DNA of 64,000 bases. Source: an uncultured Chloroflexia bacterium. Lineage in GTDB: Bacteria > Chloroflexota > Anaerolineae > CG2-30-64-16. The notes under the pieces were generated by a model, which was not told the origin of the DNA, did not search any database, and saw nothing but the letters and a program-made list of their open reading frames with translations. Shown one piece after another: positions 17,557 through 26,754 of the stretch (the first letter of the stretch is position 1; each line of letters starts with the position of its first letter). The position numbers and the translations under genes were made by a program. The stretch lies in NCBI GenBank assembly GCA_963810095.1, contig CAWEMM010000012.1, forward strand, positions 128,001-192,000, given 5' to 3'.

Positions 17557-20500
17557 ATGCGTACTAACAATAGCGAGTCGGCCTTACGCGTTACGCTGCT
17601 GTTCGCCGTAATGCTCATCGGCGCCGACCTTTTGATGGATATCGTCATTTCGAACCTGCGGCTCGATCAGAATGCTGCGCTGTGGTTGATGGTCTTTGTC
17701 GACTTTCTCCTTGGCATCGCCTATCTCGCGTACCTTTACTTTGTCGTGCGGCGCCAGCTGGAGGTGCGGGCGGCCGCAGAAAGCGAGCGAAGTATCGCAG
17801 CGGACCGGCTCGGAGTTCTCCTGGATGTCGCGCCGGTGGCACTGGTCGGCGCCGACGCGGAGTTGCGGGTGACGTTGTGGAACCCAGCCGCAGAAAAGCT
17901 TTACGGCTGGTCTGCGGTCGAGGCGGTGGGCCGCCCGGTGTCAGACGTGCTGGGCTCAGAAGTGACTGCGGAGGAGCGTGAGCGTGCCCTGGCCACCGTG
18001 CATGCCGAGGGTGAATACGTCAAGGAGTTCGTCCACCACGACCGCAACGGCTCCGCGCTGACGGTACTGGGCGACACGATCGTGATCCGCGACCAGGCGG
18101 GTGCAATCACCGGCTACCTGAGCGCAAACCGCGATGTGACGGCCGAACGCCGAGTCGAGCGACGGCTGCAGGAGAGCGAGGCGCGCCTGCGGCTCATCAT
18201 GGACAACCTGCCGGCCGCCATTTCGCGCCTCGACCGCGAGCAGTGCTACACGTTCGTCAATGCCGGGTATGAGCGGCTGCTCGGCATCGACCCCGGACGA
18301 ATTATCGGCAAGAACTGGCGCGACGTCCTGCCGGGCGAGGCATACGAGGTCGGCCGCCCGCACCTGGAGGCAGCGCTGGCGGGCCAGACGCAAGTCTTCG
18401 AGAACCTGCTCCCGCGCCGCGGCGGCGGCACCCTCACCGCACAGGTCCAGTTTGTTCCCGAACGACAGGGCGACGAAGTGTGCGGCGTCCACGTGCTGCT
18501 CACCGATATCAGCGAATTGCGCGAGGCCCAGGCGGCCCTGGGGCGTGAGCACCGGGAAGCCGTCGCCCGTGCAGAAGAGATGGAAGCCGTGCTCGAAGCC
18601 GTGCCGGTCCCAATCTATATTGCACACGACCGCGAGTGCACGGTGATCACAGGCAACCGGCTTGCCGCGGAGACACTTGGCGCAGAGCCGGGCTCCAACC
18701 TGTCACGCAGCGCGCCAGACGGCGTTGGGCCGCGGCACACGGTTGAGGCCGCAGGCGTGGAGATTGAGAACGACGAGCTGCCGGTCCAGCGCGTGGGCCG
18801 GACCGGCGAGGCGGTCCGCAACTACGAGTTCGTCCTGACGCTGCCCGACGGGACGCGCCGCGACATGTTCGGCCATGCGGTTCCCTTGCTCGACACGGAC
18901 GGCCAGCCGCGGGGCGTGGTAGCCGCGTTCAGCGACGTGACCGCGCTGAAGCTGGCGGGTGAAGAGCTGCGGCAGAGCCGCGAACAGTTCAGGCGTATGG
19001 CCGAGCTGGCAGAAATGCGCCGCCTCGAGTGGCAGCTCCTGTTTGACAATATCAGCATTGGTGTCGCGCTCTACGACGCGCAGGGCAAGGCCCTGGCCGC
19101 AAACAGCCGGTTGCTCGAACAGCACGGGTTTGCCGACCTGGCCCAAATGGACACCCCCAGCGAAATGGCCGCTCGATTTGAGGTTCGCAGGCCCGACGGC
19201 TCCCCGGTCGCGCCCGATCGCTGGCCCTTGGCGCGTGCGATTGCGGGCGAGAAAGCCAGCGAGGAATACATCGTCCGGGTGCTGGATAGCGAAACCGTGA
19301 TGCACGCCCGGTACACCTGCGCCCCCATCCGTGACGCATCCGGACAGGTCATCCGCATCTTTCAGACGGTTGAAGATGTGACGGATCAGCGGGTAGCAGA
19401 GGCCGCGGCTAGCGCACATGCGTACGAACTGCAGACCTTGCTGGACGCGGTGCCCACGGCCATCTTCATCGCCCGCGACCCCGCCTGCGAGGTTATGGTT
19501 GGGAGCGACCTGACGTATCAGCTGCTGAGGCGGCCGAAGGGCAGTAACCTGTCAGAATCCGCGCCGCAGGATCAAAGGCCGGTGAGTTTCCGCGCACTGC
19601 ACGATGGCCGTGAGATCGACCCCGCCGAATTACCCGTACAAGTGGCTGCAGCCACCGGCAAAGCTGTTCGTAACTACGAGTTCGACTTTGCGTTTGAAGA
19701 CGGCGAGGTCGTCAGCATGATCGGCAACGCCGCCCCGCTCCTTGACGAGCAGGGCCGGTCCCGGGGTGCGATCGGCGCGTTCGCGGATGTGACTGCGCTC
19801 AAGCGGATCGAATCGGCGCTGCGCTCGAGCGAGTCCGTGGTGCGCCAGCAGCTGTCCGAAATCGAGGCCATGTACAACACGCTGCCGGTGGGGCTTGCCG
19901 TCCTGGACCCGGGGCTGCGCTACCGGCGCGTCAACGAACAGATGGCCGACATCAACGGCATTCCCGCGTCACAGCACCTGGGCAAGACGGTCCGGGAACT
20001 GCTGCCTCAACTTGCCGATTTCGGAGAGGCAACCGCTGCGCGGGTGCTCGAAAGCGGCGAACCCGTCATGGGCCTCGAAGTCAAGGGTGTCACCCCGGCG
20101 GACCCGTCGAGGGAGCATACCTGGGTCGAACACTGGGTGCCCTTCCTCGATCCGGGCGGCAAGATCGCCGGCATCAACATCGTCGTCGAGGATGTCACCG
20201 AGCAGCGCCGGGTGCAAGCCGATCTCCTGGAAAGCCAGGAATTGATGCACCGGGCGCTCGACGTCGGACGGGGCTTCGCCTTCCAGTACCGCATGCGCTC
20301 TGACCAGGTCATGCGCTCGCCCGAGTCGGCGGCAATCCTTGGGCTATCCGAAGGGCCCGCTGCGACCAGCGACACAGGCCCGGCTTACTTCCAGCGCGTC
20401 CATCCACAGGATCGCCAGCAGTACGTCGCGCGCATGCTGGGCCTGACGCCCGCGGCCGACACCTACCGCACGACCTACCGGATCGTTCGCCCGGACGGCC

Positions 20501-23085
20501 GGATCGTCGCAGTCGAGGAGTCGGCCCGCGGCGTCTTTGACGACGAGGGCACCCTGATCCAGATCTTCGGCATCACCCAGGACGTGACCGAACGGGTGCA
20601 AGTCGACCAGGAGCGTGAGCGGCTGCTCGAACAGGTGCAGGCGCAGCAGGCCCGACTGGCAGGGCTGGCGCGCGACCTGCAGTCTGAACGCGACGTGCTG
20701 GCGACGATCATGGAGAACACCCATACGCAGCTGGCCTACCTCGATGCCGACTTCCGCTTCATCAAGGTCAACAGCGCTTATGCGGCGGGCGCAGGCCACG
20801 CACCGCAGTCGCTGCTCGGGAAAGATCATTTTGCGCTCTTTCCCAGCGACGAGAACCACGCGATCTTCGAGAGCGTGCGCGATAACGGCCTGCCCGTCGA
20901 GTACCGGGCCAAGCCGTTTCAGTTTGCCGACCAACCGGAGCGCGGCACCACCTACTGGGACTGGACGCTCGTGCCCGTCAAGAGCTCCAACGGCGCGGTC
21001 CGGGGCATGGTGTTCTCCCTCTTCGACGTGACCGAACAGAAGCGTGCGGAGGAAGTGCTGCGGACGGCCCGCGACGAACTTCAGTCGCGAGTTTCCGAGG
21101 CAACCGCCGAGCTGCGCGCCGTGGTGCTCTCGCTCGAGGCGGAAATTGGCGAACGCGAGCGGGCCGAGGCGCTGCTGCGCGAAAGTGAGGCCCGGCTGCG
21201 CATTCTCGTCGGGCAAGTGCCCGCCGTCCTATGGACGACCGATAGGGATTTAAGGTATACTTCCCTGGAAGGTGCCGGGCTCGCCAGCATCGGCGTTCGG
21301 CCGGGCCAACTGGTGGGCAATCGGGTGGCGAGCACGGGCGATGGAGAGAGTGCGGGGAGCCGGTCGGTAATAGACGCACATGAGCGGGCGTTGGCCGGTG
21401 AAGGCGTCACATACCGGTCGGAATGGTCCGGCGCATACTTCGAGGGGTATGTCGAACCGTTGCGCGACGACGACGGTTCCATCGCCGGGTGCATTGGCGT
21501 TGCACTCGACATCACCGAACGCATCCGGTCTGAAGAGGCCCAGCGCGAGCGGGAACAGCAGTACCGCAACATCTTCGAGTCGACCAGTGACGGGATGGTG
21601 ATCATCGACACGCATGGCGCGATCGTCGACGCCAATCCCGCGGCCTGCGAGATGAGCGGGTATCCGTACGAAGAGCTTATCCGTCTCAGTCCCATCGACT
21701 TCATTCGCTCTGAGCAGCGCGAGTCGCTCGAACGCTTCTACCAGGACGTGCTCACTGGGCGGCGCAGCGAACGGCAAGCCGTCGGAGCACGCAAAGACGG
21801 CTCGGAGTTCGACCTGGAGATCCGTGCCAGCCGGTTCCAGCATGCGGGCGAGCCCCACGTGCTCACCGTGTTACGCGACGTCACCGAGCGGGTTCATTCG
21901 TTCCAACTGCTCGAACAACGAGTGCGCGAGCGCACGCGCGAGCTCTCGGCACTGCTTGCATTCTCCAGGCAGGCGTCTGCAACGCTTGAAGTGCGACCCC
22001 TGATGGAGCTGGTTGTTGACGAGGTGTCGCGCCTCGTGGAGAGCACCGGGGTGAGCCTGCTGATGCTTGAGGGCGAAACGCTCAAGATGGCCGCCCACCG
22101 GGGGCCACTGCCCGCCAGCACGGCGGAACAGGTGCGCCTGGCCGTTAACGATCCCGGCATGCGCAAGATGCTGTTGGCGAACCCGAAACCGATCGTTCTG
22201 GCAGATGTCCAGCTCGAAGGGCAGCAGGCGGAAGCGGTCCGGCGGGCCGGCGGGGACCTCTTCGGACGGGACAATCCACTCCGCAGCATCATGTGGATCC
22301 CGCTGGTCGTCAAGGGCAAGCTCATCGGCGGCCTGGGCATCGGCCACCACGAGACCGGCAGGTACACGGAGCGGGACGCGGGCCTGGTCCAGGCGATTGC
22401 CAGCCAGGCCGCCGTGGCGCTGGAAAATGCGCAGCTGTACGAGCAGGCACACGAGCTGGCGGTCATGCACGAGCGGCAGCGCCTGGCGCGTGAGCTGCAC
22501 GACTCGGTGACGCAGTCGCTTTACAGCCTTTCCCTGATGGCCGAGGCCGCCCGGCGGCTGGTCGCGGTGGGCAACCTGGAACGCGGGATGGGCTACCTCG
22601 GGCGGATCGGCGAATCCGCGCAGCAGGTGCTCAAGGAAATGCGGCTGCTGGTGTACGAACTGCGGCCGTTGATGCTCGAGCGCGACGGGCTGGCCAGCGC
22701 ACTCAAGCAGCGGCTGGAGACGGTCGAGGGCCGGGCCGGCGTCGAGACCAAGCTGGTGGTCGAGGGCTCGGGGCTGCTGCCCGAGCACATCGAGACCGAA
22801 CTGTACCGCATCGCGCAGGAGGCGCTGAACAACTCGCTGAAGCACTCAAGCGCGTCCTCGGTAGCCATCTCGCTGCAGACGGGGCACGACCCGATCACAA
22901 TGACGGTGATCGACAACGGCCGGGGGTTTGCAGCGGAGGAAATTGCCGATCGAGGCGGGCTTGGCCTCGTCAGTATGCAGGAACGCGCACAGCGCTTGGG
23001 CGGCCGTGTCGAAGTGCAGTCCGCCCCGGGCGAGGGCGTAACGATTAAGGTAACGATCCCACTCAGCGGTGACCCGCGGAAATGA
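17557..23085 (+). CDS. Giant membrane-anchored multi-PAS + GAF sensor histidine kinase (HisKA_3), 1842 aa
   Basis: 2 N-terminal TMs, about 10 PAS/PAC units ending in DVT/DIT, GAF, LARELHDSVTQ, NNSLKH, DNGRGF. Confidence 0.93.
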   Translation: MRTNNSESALRVTLLFAVMLIGADLLMDIVISNLRLDQNAALWLMVFVDFLLGIAYLAYLYFVVRRQLEVRAAAESERSIAADRLGVLLDVAPVALVGADAELRVTLWNPAAEKLYGWSAVEAVGRPVSDVLGSEVTAEERERALATVHAEGEYVKEFVHHDRNGSALTVLGDTIVIRDQAGAITGYLSANRDVTAERRVERRLQESEARLRLIMDNLPAAISRLDREQCYTFVNAGYERLLGIDPGRIIGKNWRDVLPGEAYEVGRPHLEAALAGQTQVFENLLPRRGGGTLTAQVQFVPERQGDEVCGVHVLLTDISELREAQAALGREHREAVARAEEMEAVLEAVPVPIYIAHDRECTVITGNRLAAETLGAEPGSNLSRSAPDGVGPRHTVEAAGVEIENDELPVQRVGRTGEAVRNYEFVLTLPDGTRRDMFGHAVPLLDTDGQPRGVVAAFSDVTALKLAGEELRQSREQFRRMAELAEMRRLEWQLLFDNISIGVALYDAQGKALAANSRLLEQHGFADLAQMDTPSEMAARFEVRRPDGSPVAPDRWPLARAIAGEKASEEYIVRVLDSETVMHARYTCAPIRDASGQVIRIFQTVEDVTDQRVAEAAASAHAYELQTLLDAVPTAIFIARDPACEVMVGSDLTYQLLRRPKGSNLSESAPQDQRPVSFRALHDGREIDPAELPVQVAAATGKAVRNYEFDFAFEDGEVVSMIGNAAPLLDEQGRSRGAIGAFADVTALKRIESALRSSESVVRQQLSEIEAMYNTLPVGLAVLDPGLRYRRVNEQMADINGIPASQHLGKTVRELLPQLADFGEATAARVLESGEPVMGLEVKGVTPADPSREHTWVEHWVPFLDPGGKIAGINIVVEDVTEQRRVQADLLESQELMHRALDVGRGFAFQYRMRSDQVMRSPESAAILGLSEGPAATSDTGPAYFQRVHPQDRQQYVARMLGLTPAADTYRTTYRIVRPDGRIVAVEESARGVFDDEGTLIQIFGITQDVTERVQVDQERERLLEQVQAQQARLAGLARDLQSERDVLATIMENTHTQLAYLDADFRFIKVNSAYAAGAGHAPQSLLGKDHFALFPSDENHAIFESVRDNGLPVEYRAKPFQFADQPERGTTYWDWTLVPVKSSNGAVRGMVFSLFDVTEQKRAEEVLRTARDELQSRVSEATAELRAVVLSLEAEIGERERAEALLRESEARLRILVGQVPAVLWTTDRDLRYTSLEGAGLASIGVRPGQLVGNRVASTGDGESAGSRSVIDAHERALAGEGVTYRSEWSGAYFEGYVEPLRDDDGSIAGCIGVALDITERIRSEEAQREREQQYRNIFESTSDGMVIIDTHGAIVDANPAACEMSGYPYEELIRLSPIDFIRSEQRESLERFYQDVLTGRRSERQAVGARKDGSEFDLEIRASRFQHAGEPHVLTVLRDVTERVHSFQLLEQRVRERTRELSALLAFSRQASATLEVRPLMELVVDEVSRLVESTGVSLLMLEGETLKMAAHRGPLPASTAEQVRLAVNDPGMRKMLLANPKPIVLADVQLEGQQAEAVRRAGGDLFGRDNPLRSIMWIPLVVKGKLIGGLGIGHHETGRYTERDAGLVQAIASQAAVALENAQLYEQAHELAVMHERQRLARELHDSVTQSLYSLSLMAEAARRLVAVGNLERGMGYLGRIGESAQQVLKEMRLLVYELRPLMLERDGLASALKQRLETVEGRAGVETKLVVEGSGLLPEHIETELYRIAQEALNNSLKHSSASSVAISLQTGHDPITMTVIDNGRGFAAEEIADRGGLGLVSMQERAQRLGGRVEVQSAPGEGVTIKVTIPLSGDPRK

Positions 23086-23091
23086 GGCAGT

Positions 23092-23754
23092 ATGTCGGAA
23101 GGTGAAACCATTCGAATCCTGATCGCGGATGACCATGCGATCGTGCGCGAGGGGCTGCGTGCGCTTATCGAGACCGAGCCCGGCATGGAACTTGTCGGCG
23201 AGGCCCAGGACGGCATCGAAGCCGTTCGCAAGCATCAGGCCCTCCACCCGGATGTCACCCTCCTTGACCTGGTGATGCCGCGCCAGGACGGGCTTGCCGC
23301 ACTGACCGAGATCCGGCAGAAGGAGCCCCAGGCCCGCATCCTCGTCCTTACCAGCTTTGCCGAGGACGAGCGGGTCTTCCCCGCGATTATGGCCGGCGCG
23401 CTGGGCTACCTCCTCAAAGACGCGACGCCCCAGGAACTGCTGAAGGCGATCCGGGACGTAGCCCGCGGCGAGGCGTCCTTGCACCCGGCCATTGCCCGCC
23501 GCGTCATCAAAGAACTGCACCGGCCGCAAGAATCCGGGCCGACGGTCGAGCCGCTGACTGAACGCGAGACGCAGGTGCTGAGCCTGGTGGCGCAGGGCCT
23601 GTCCAACCAGGAAATCGCGACGAAGCTGGTCATCAGCGAACGCACGGTGCGCACCCACGTCAGCAACATTCTGGGCAAGCTGCACCTGGCGAACCGCACG
23701 CAGGCCGCCCGGTACGCGCTCCGCGAGGGCCTGGCCAAACTCGACGGCGACTGA
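23092..23754 (+). CDS. NarL/LuxR family response regulator
   Basis: IADDH, LDLVMP, LTSF, YLLK; LTERETQVL..ISERTVRTHVSNIL. Confidence 0.95.
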   Translation: MSEGETIRILIADDHAIVREGLRALIETEPGMELVGEAQDGIEAVRKHQALHPDVTLLDLVMPRQDGLAALTEIRQKEPQARILVLTSFAEDERVFPAIMAGALGYLLKDATPQELLKAIRDVARGEASLHPAIARRVIKELHRPQESGPTVEPLTERETQVLSLVAQGLSNQEIATKLVISERTVRTHVSNILGKLHLANRTQAARYALREGLAKLDGD

Positions 23755-23804
23755 CCGGTTGCCCAGTTGTCTGGTAGCCGCATCCTTCGTCTTTATGTCA
23801 TGTT

Positions 23805-23834
23805 AAGGGGCCGTCTCGAACGCGGCCCTTTTTT
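23805..23834 (+). terminator. Intrinsic terminator
   Basis: GGGCCG..CGGCCC stem followed by TTTTTT. Confidence 0.7.
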
Positions 23835-23869
23835 GTTCGCACCCAGCCAGCCATGCTACAATCCCGGCC

Positions 23870-24658
23870 ATGCGCATCGAGAACACCCGGATCGTCCTGA
23901 CAGGCGCCGCATCCGGCATCGGCGCGGCCACGCTGGCGCTGCTCGGCCAGCGGCCTTGTGCGGTGCTGGCCGTCGACTGCAATGAGGCCGCGCTGGTGCA
24001 GACCGTCAAGCGGCTGCACTCGCCCGCCGCGTCGATTACGCCCTATGTCGCCGACCTGGGCCAGCACGAAGCGGTCGAGGCGATGTTCGAGCACGCGCTC
24101 GCGCACCTCGGGTGCATCGACCTGTTCATCGCAAACGCGGGCTTCGCCTATTACGAGCGGCTGTCACATGCCGATTGGCGCCGCATGGCCGCGCTGCTCC
24201 ACGTGAACGTCCTCTCGCCGTTGTTTGCCGCCGTTAAAATGGGCGAAATCAACGCGGGCCGTCCCCACCGGACCGTCGTGGTGGCATCGGCCATGGGACG
24301 GCTCGGCATCCCCGGTTACGCGGTTTACAGCGGGTCGAAGGCTGCGCTGCATCGCTTCGCCGAAGCGTACCGCTTCGAACTGGCCGACCCGACAAGCCTC
24401 ACGCTCGTCTATCCCATCGGCACCCGTACGCGCTTCTTCCACCGGGATAAGGAGCGGCCGGCGCCGCACCCCTGGCCCACGCAGTCGGCCGAACAGGTGG
24501 CGAGGGCCATCGTCCGCGGGATCGAGCGGGACCAGAAAGACATCTACCCCTCGGCGCTGTTCCGCCTGGTCCTCGTCGCCGATCGCTTCCTGCCGTTCGT
24601 CCGCCGCGTCGAGCAGACCATCGAAGGGCGGCGCTTTCGCCGCTGGCTGGAGGGATAA
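23870..24658 (+). CDS. SDR oxidoreductase, probably leaderless
   Basis: TGAASGIG, ANAG, YSGSK; TGCTACAAT 7 nt before ATG and no SD. Confidence 0.88.
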   Translation: MRIENTRIVLTGAASGIGAATLALLGQRPCAVLAVDCNEAALVQTVKRLHSPAASITPYVADLGQHEAVEAMFEHALAHLGCIDLFIANAGFAYYERLSHADWRRMAALLHVNVLSPLFAAVKMGEINAGRPHRTVVVASAMGRLGIPGYAVYSGSKAALHRFAEAYRFELADPTSLTLVYPIGTRTRFFHRDKERPAPHPWPTQSAEQVARAIVRGIERDQKDIYPSALFRLVLVADRFLPFVRRVEQTIEGRRFRRWLEG

Positions 24659-24726
24659 CCGCTGCTCCCCGCAGCGCACCAGGTTTCCCGGCACTCTGGG
24701 TATGAGCACACTCATTCTGTCGGGTC

Positions 24727-24840
24727 GCATCCTTCGACTGCGGCACGCCAGCTGCGCTGGCGCCTCCGCTCAGGATGCTTCAAGCGCAGGCAGCCTGAGC
24801 GGATGAGCGTCCCGAAGGGACGCACGCAGTCGAAGGGTGC
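24727..24840. repeat. REP/MITE-like cruciform palindromic element
   Basis: GCATCCTTCGACTGCG pairs with CGCAGTCGAAGGGTGC; TCCGCTCAGGATGC pairs with GCAGCCTGAGCGGA; two inner hairpins. Confidence 0.7.
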
Positions 24841-24877
24841 CGAGCGTCACGGTTCAACAGATTCCGTGTGCTTGAAC

Positions 24878-25306
24878 TCAACTCTCCCGGCACTCTCCGC
24901 ATAGCCCGACCAACTCCACCTGCGACTGTGTGAGCTCAAAGTCGTACTGCCGCGCCACGCCTGCCTTGAACTGGTCGATCAACTCGCCGCCGATCTCGAC
25001 GACCCGCCCGCAGTTGGCGCAGACCAGGTGGAAGTGCTCGCTCGGCGGCCGCAGCTCGTAGTGATGGTGCTCTTCGCCCAGGTGGACTTCGTTGACGAGC
25101 CCCAAGTCGCGCAGCAGGTTCATCGTGCGGTAGACGGTCGAAAGGCTCAGCCTGGGATTCTGCTCGCTGGCCAGCCGGAACAGTTCGTGTGCGTCGAGAT
25201 GCCCCCCGTGCTCCTCGATAAGCTGGAGCAGGAGTTTGCGCTGCCCTGTCACCCGGCGTCCCGTGGTGCGCAGCCGGCTCTTGAGTGGATCAGGCGCGGT
25301 CGCCAT
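24878..25306 (-). CDS. Fur family transcriptional regulator (Fur/Zur/PerR)
   Basis: RVTGQR, HLDA, SLSTVYRT, HFHLVCANCG, GLCGEC. Confidence 0.92.
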   Translation of the reverse strand: MATAPDPLKSRLRTTGRRVTGQRKLLLQLIEEHGGHLDAHELFRLASEQNPRLSLSTVYRTMNLLRDLGLVNEVHLGEEHHHYELRPPSEHFHLVCANCGRVVEIGGELIDQFKAGVARQYDFELTQSQVELVGLCGECRES

Positions 25307-26576
25307 TATTCCCGTCCTGCGCCCGCCGTAGCTGGCGGGCCACGTGTTCCCGGAGCGCGGCCGGCTGCATCTCGCCCACGTCCACCCGTTCCGCGCCCAG
25401 CATGGCCGCAAAACGGGCCAACCCGCGGCCCAACGCATCCGCGAACTGCGCCTCGCCCACGGGCGCGTCTGGCTCCGTCCAGAAGCCCAGCAGCCGCAAG
25501 GTCTTGGTCTGCCGCTCGAAGCGCGGATCGACGCGGGCCACAAGCCGGTCGCCGTACAGGATGGGGAGGGTGTAGTAGCCCCACCGTCGCTGCTCGGCCG
25601 GCTTGTACACCTCCCAGACGTAGTCGAAATCGAACAGGAACTTCGCCCGCCCCCGGGCGCTGACGATGTCGAGCGGTGCGAGGAGGACGGCTTCTTCTTC
25701 CGTCGTCGTTTCGAGCGGCTGCCACGCAGCGGGCGCCGTCCCTGCGTCGACCGCTTCAAGCAAGTGCAGGTCTTCGCCAAGCACAAGCCAATCGTCCTTC
25801 GAGCCTTCGATCCGCAGCGCCTGCACCGTTCCGCTTTCCTTCATCTCGGCCAGCAGCCGTGCCGCCTCCTCCGCGCTGGGCTTGCGGCGGATGTCGCCGG
25901 CCCACACGTTGCGCCAGAGACGCTCCGTGATCAGCCCGTACAAGGCGATCTCCTTGCGCGCGAAATACTGCTCGGCCGCCTGCGCAGGCGCCTCCCACCG
26001 GTGTTCCTCGGGCGCAATCCGCTCCGTCAGGTCGTACATCCGTTGAAAATTAACCCGGTGGTGGAGCAGCACTTCGCCGGTCAGCCAGAGGTAGTACAGC
26101 GCGAGCGCGGTGTCCTTCCGCCCCCGGTAGTTGCCCACGATACGAGCCGTGCCCTCGAAGTCGCGGTTGCCCAGGGGGCCGCGCGCCGCCAGAGTCGATC
26201 GCACGTCGTCGACCAGCGCTGGATGCTCGGCCGCAAACGTGGCGAACCTGCCCTCGACGCGCCGCCGGGCCATGGGCAGGCGCCAGTAAGGCAGTTCGCT
26301 CATGGGGTACGCGAAGAGTGCGCCCCCGTACTCAAATGCCTGTCGCTTGCCGTAGATCAATTCGTCCAGCTGACTCGGCGCATATCCAAGCACCCGGCTG
26401 GCCAGCACGATGTCGTGGCTGCGCGCCACGACGTTCAGCGGGTCTTCCTGCAGCGCCTCCATGGCGGTGAGGGCGGCAAGCAAGTCTTCCTTGCCGCGCC
26501 AGCGCCGGCCGGGCCACAGCCCCTGCCTGCCAAGCACAAAACGCCGAGCGGTGGTCTTCGAAATCGTTCCGATCAT
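25290..26576 (-). CDS. ycaQ: YcaQ/AlkZ family DNA glycosylase (interstrand crosslink repair)
   Basis: QEDPLNVVARSH (QxD), LLAPLD, EVYKPAEQRRWGYYTLPILYGDRLVARVD. Confidence 0.85.
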   Translation of the reverse strand: MIGTISKTTARRFVLGRQGLWPGRRWRGKEDLLAALTAMEALQEDPLNVVARSHDIVLASRVLGYAPSQLDELIYGKRQAFEYGGALFAYPMSELPYWRLPMARRRVEGRFATFAAEHPALVDDVRSTLAARGPLGNRDFEGTARIVGNYRGRKDTALALYYLWLTGEVLLHHRVNFQRMYDLTERIAPEEHRWEAPAQAAEQYFARKEIALYGLITERLWRNVWAGDIRRKPSAEEAARLLAEMKESGTVQALRIEGSKDDWLVLGEDLHLLEAVDAGTAPAAWQPLETTTEEEAVLLAPLDIVSARGRAKFLFDFDYVWEVYKPAEQRRWGYYTLPILYGDRLVARVDPRFERQTKTLRLLGFWTEPDAPVGEAQFADALGRGLARFAAMLGAERVDVGEMQPAALREHVARQLRRAQDGNNGDRA

Positions 26577-26754
26577 GCGGGCAAGTATAGTTCACACCCG
26601 CAACCGCACCAAAGCAGCCTGCGTAACTACAGGTAGCCGCGCGCGTTCTCGACGACTGAAGGGGGCGCGCGGCTTGCAATCAGCGTGGATCATAAAGCCT
26701 GCCTACTGCGTCCCAGAAGCATCCAAATCACCCTTGTGCTCGGAGGATCCCGCC

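Noticed and set aside
26410-26754. Upstream extensions of ORFs 26410..28374, 30010..31869 and 32910..35576
   Set aside because: Signal peptides, SD sequences or -10 elements point to downstream starts; two of the extensions also overlap neighbouring genes.
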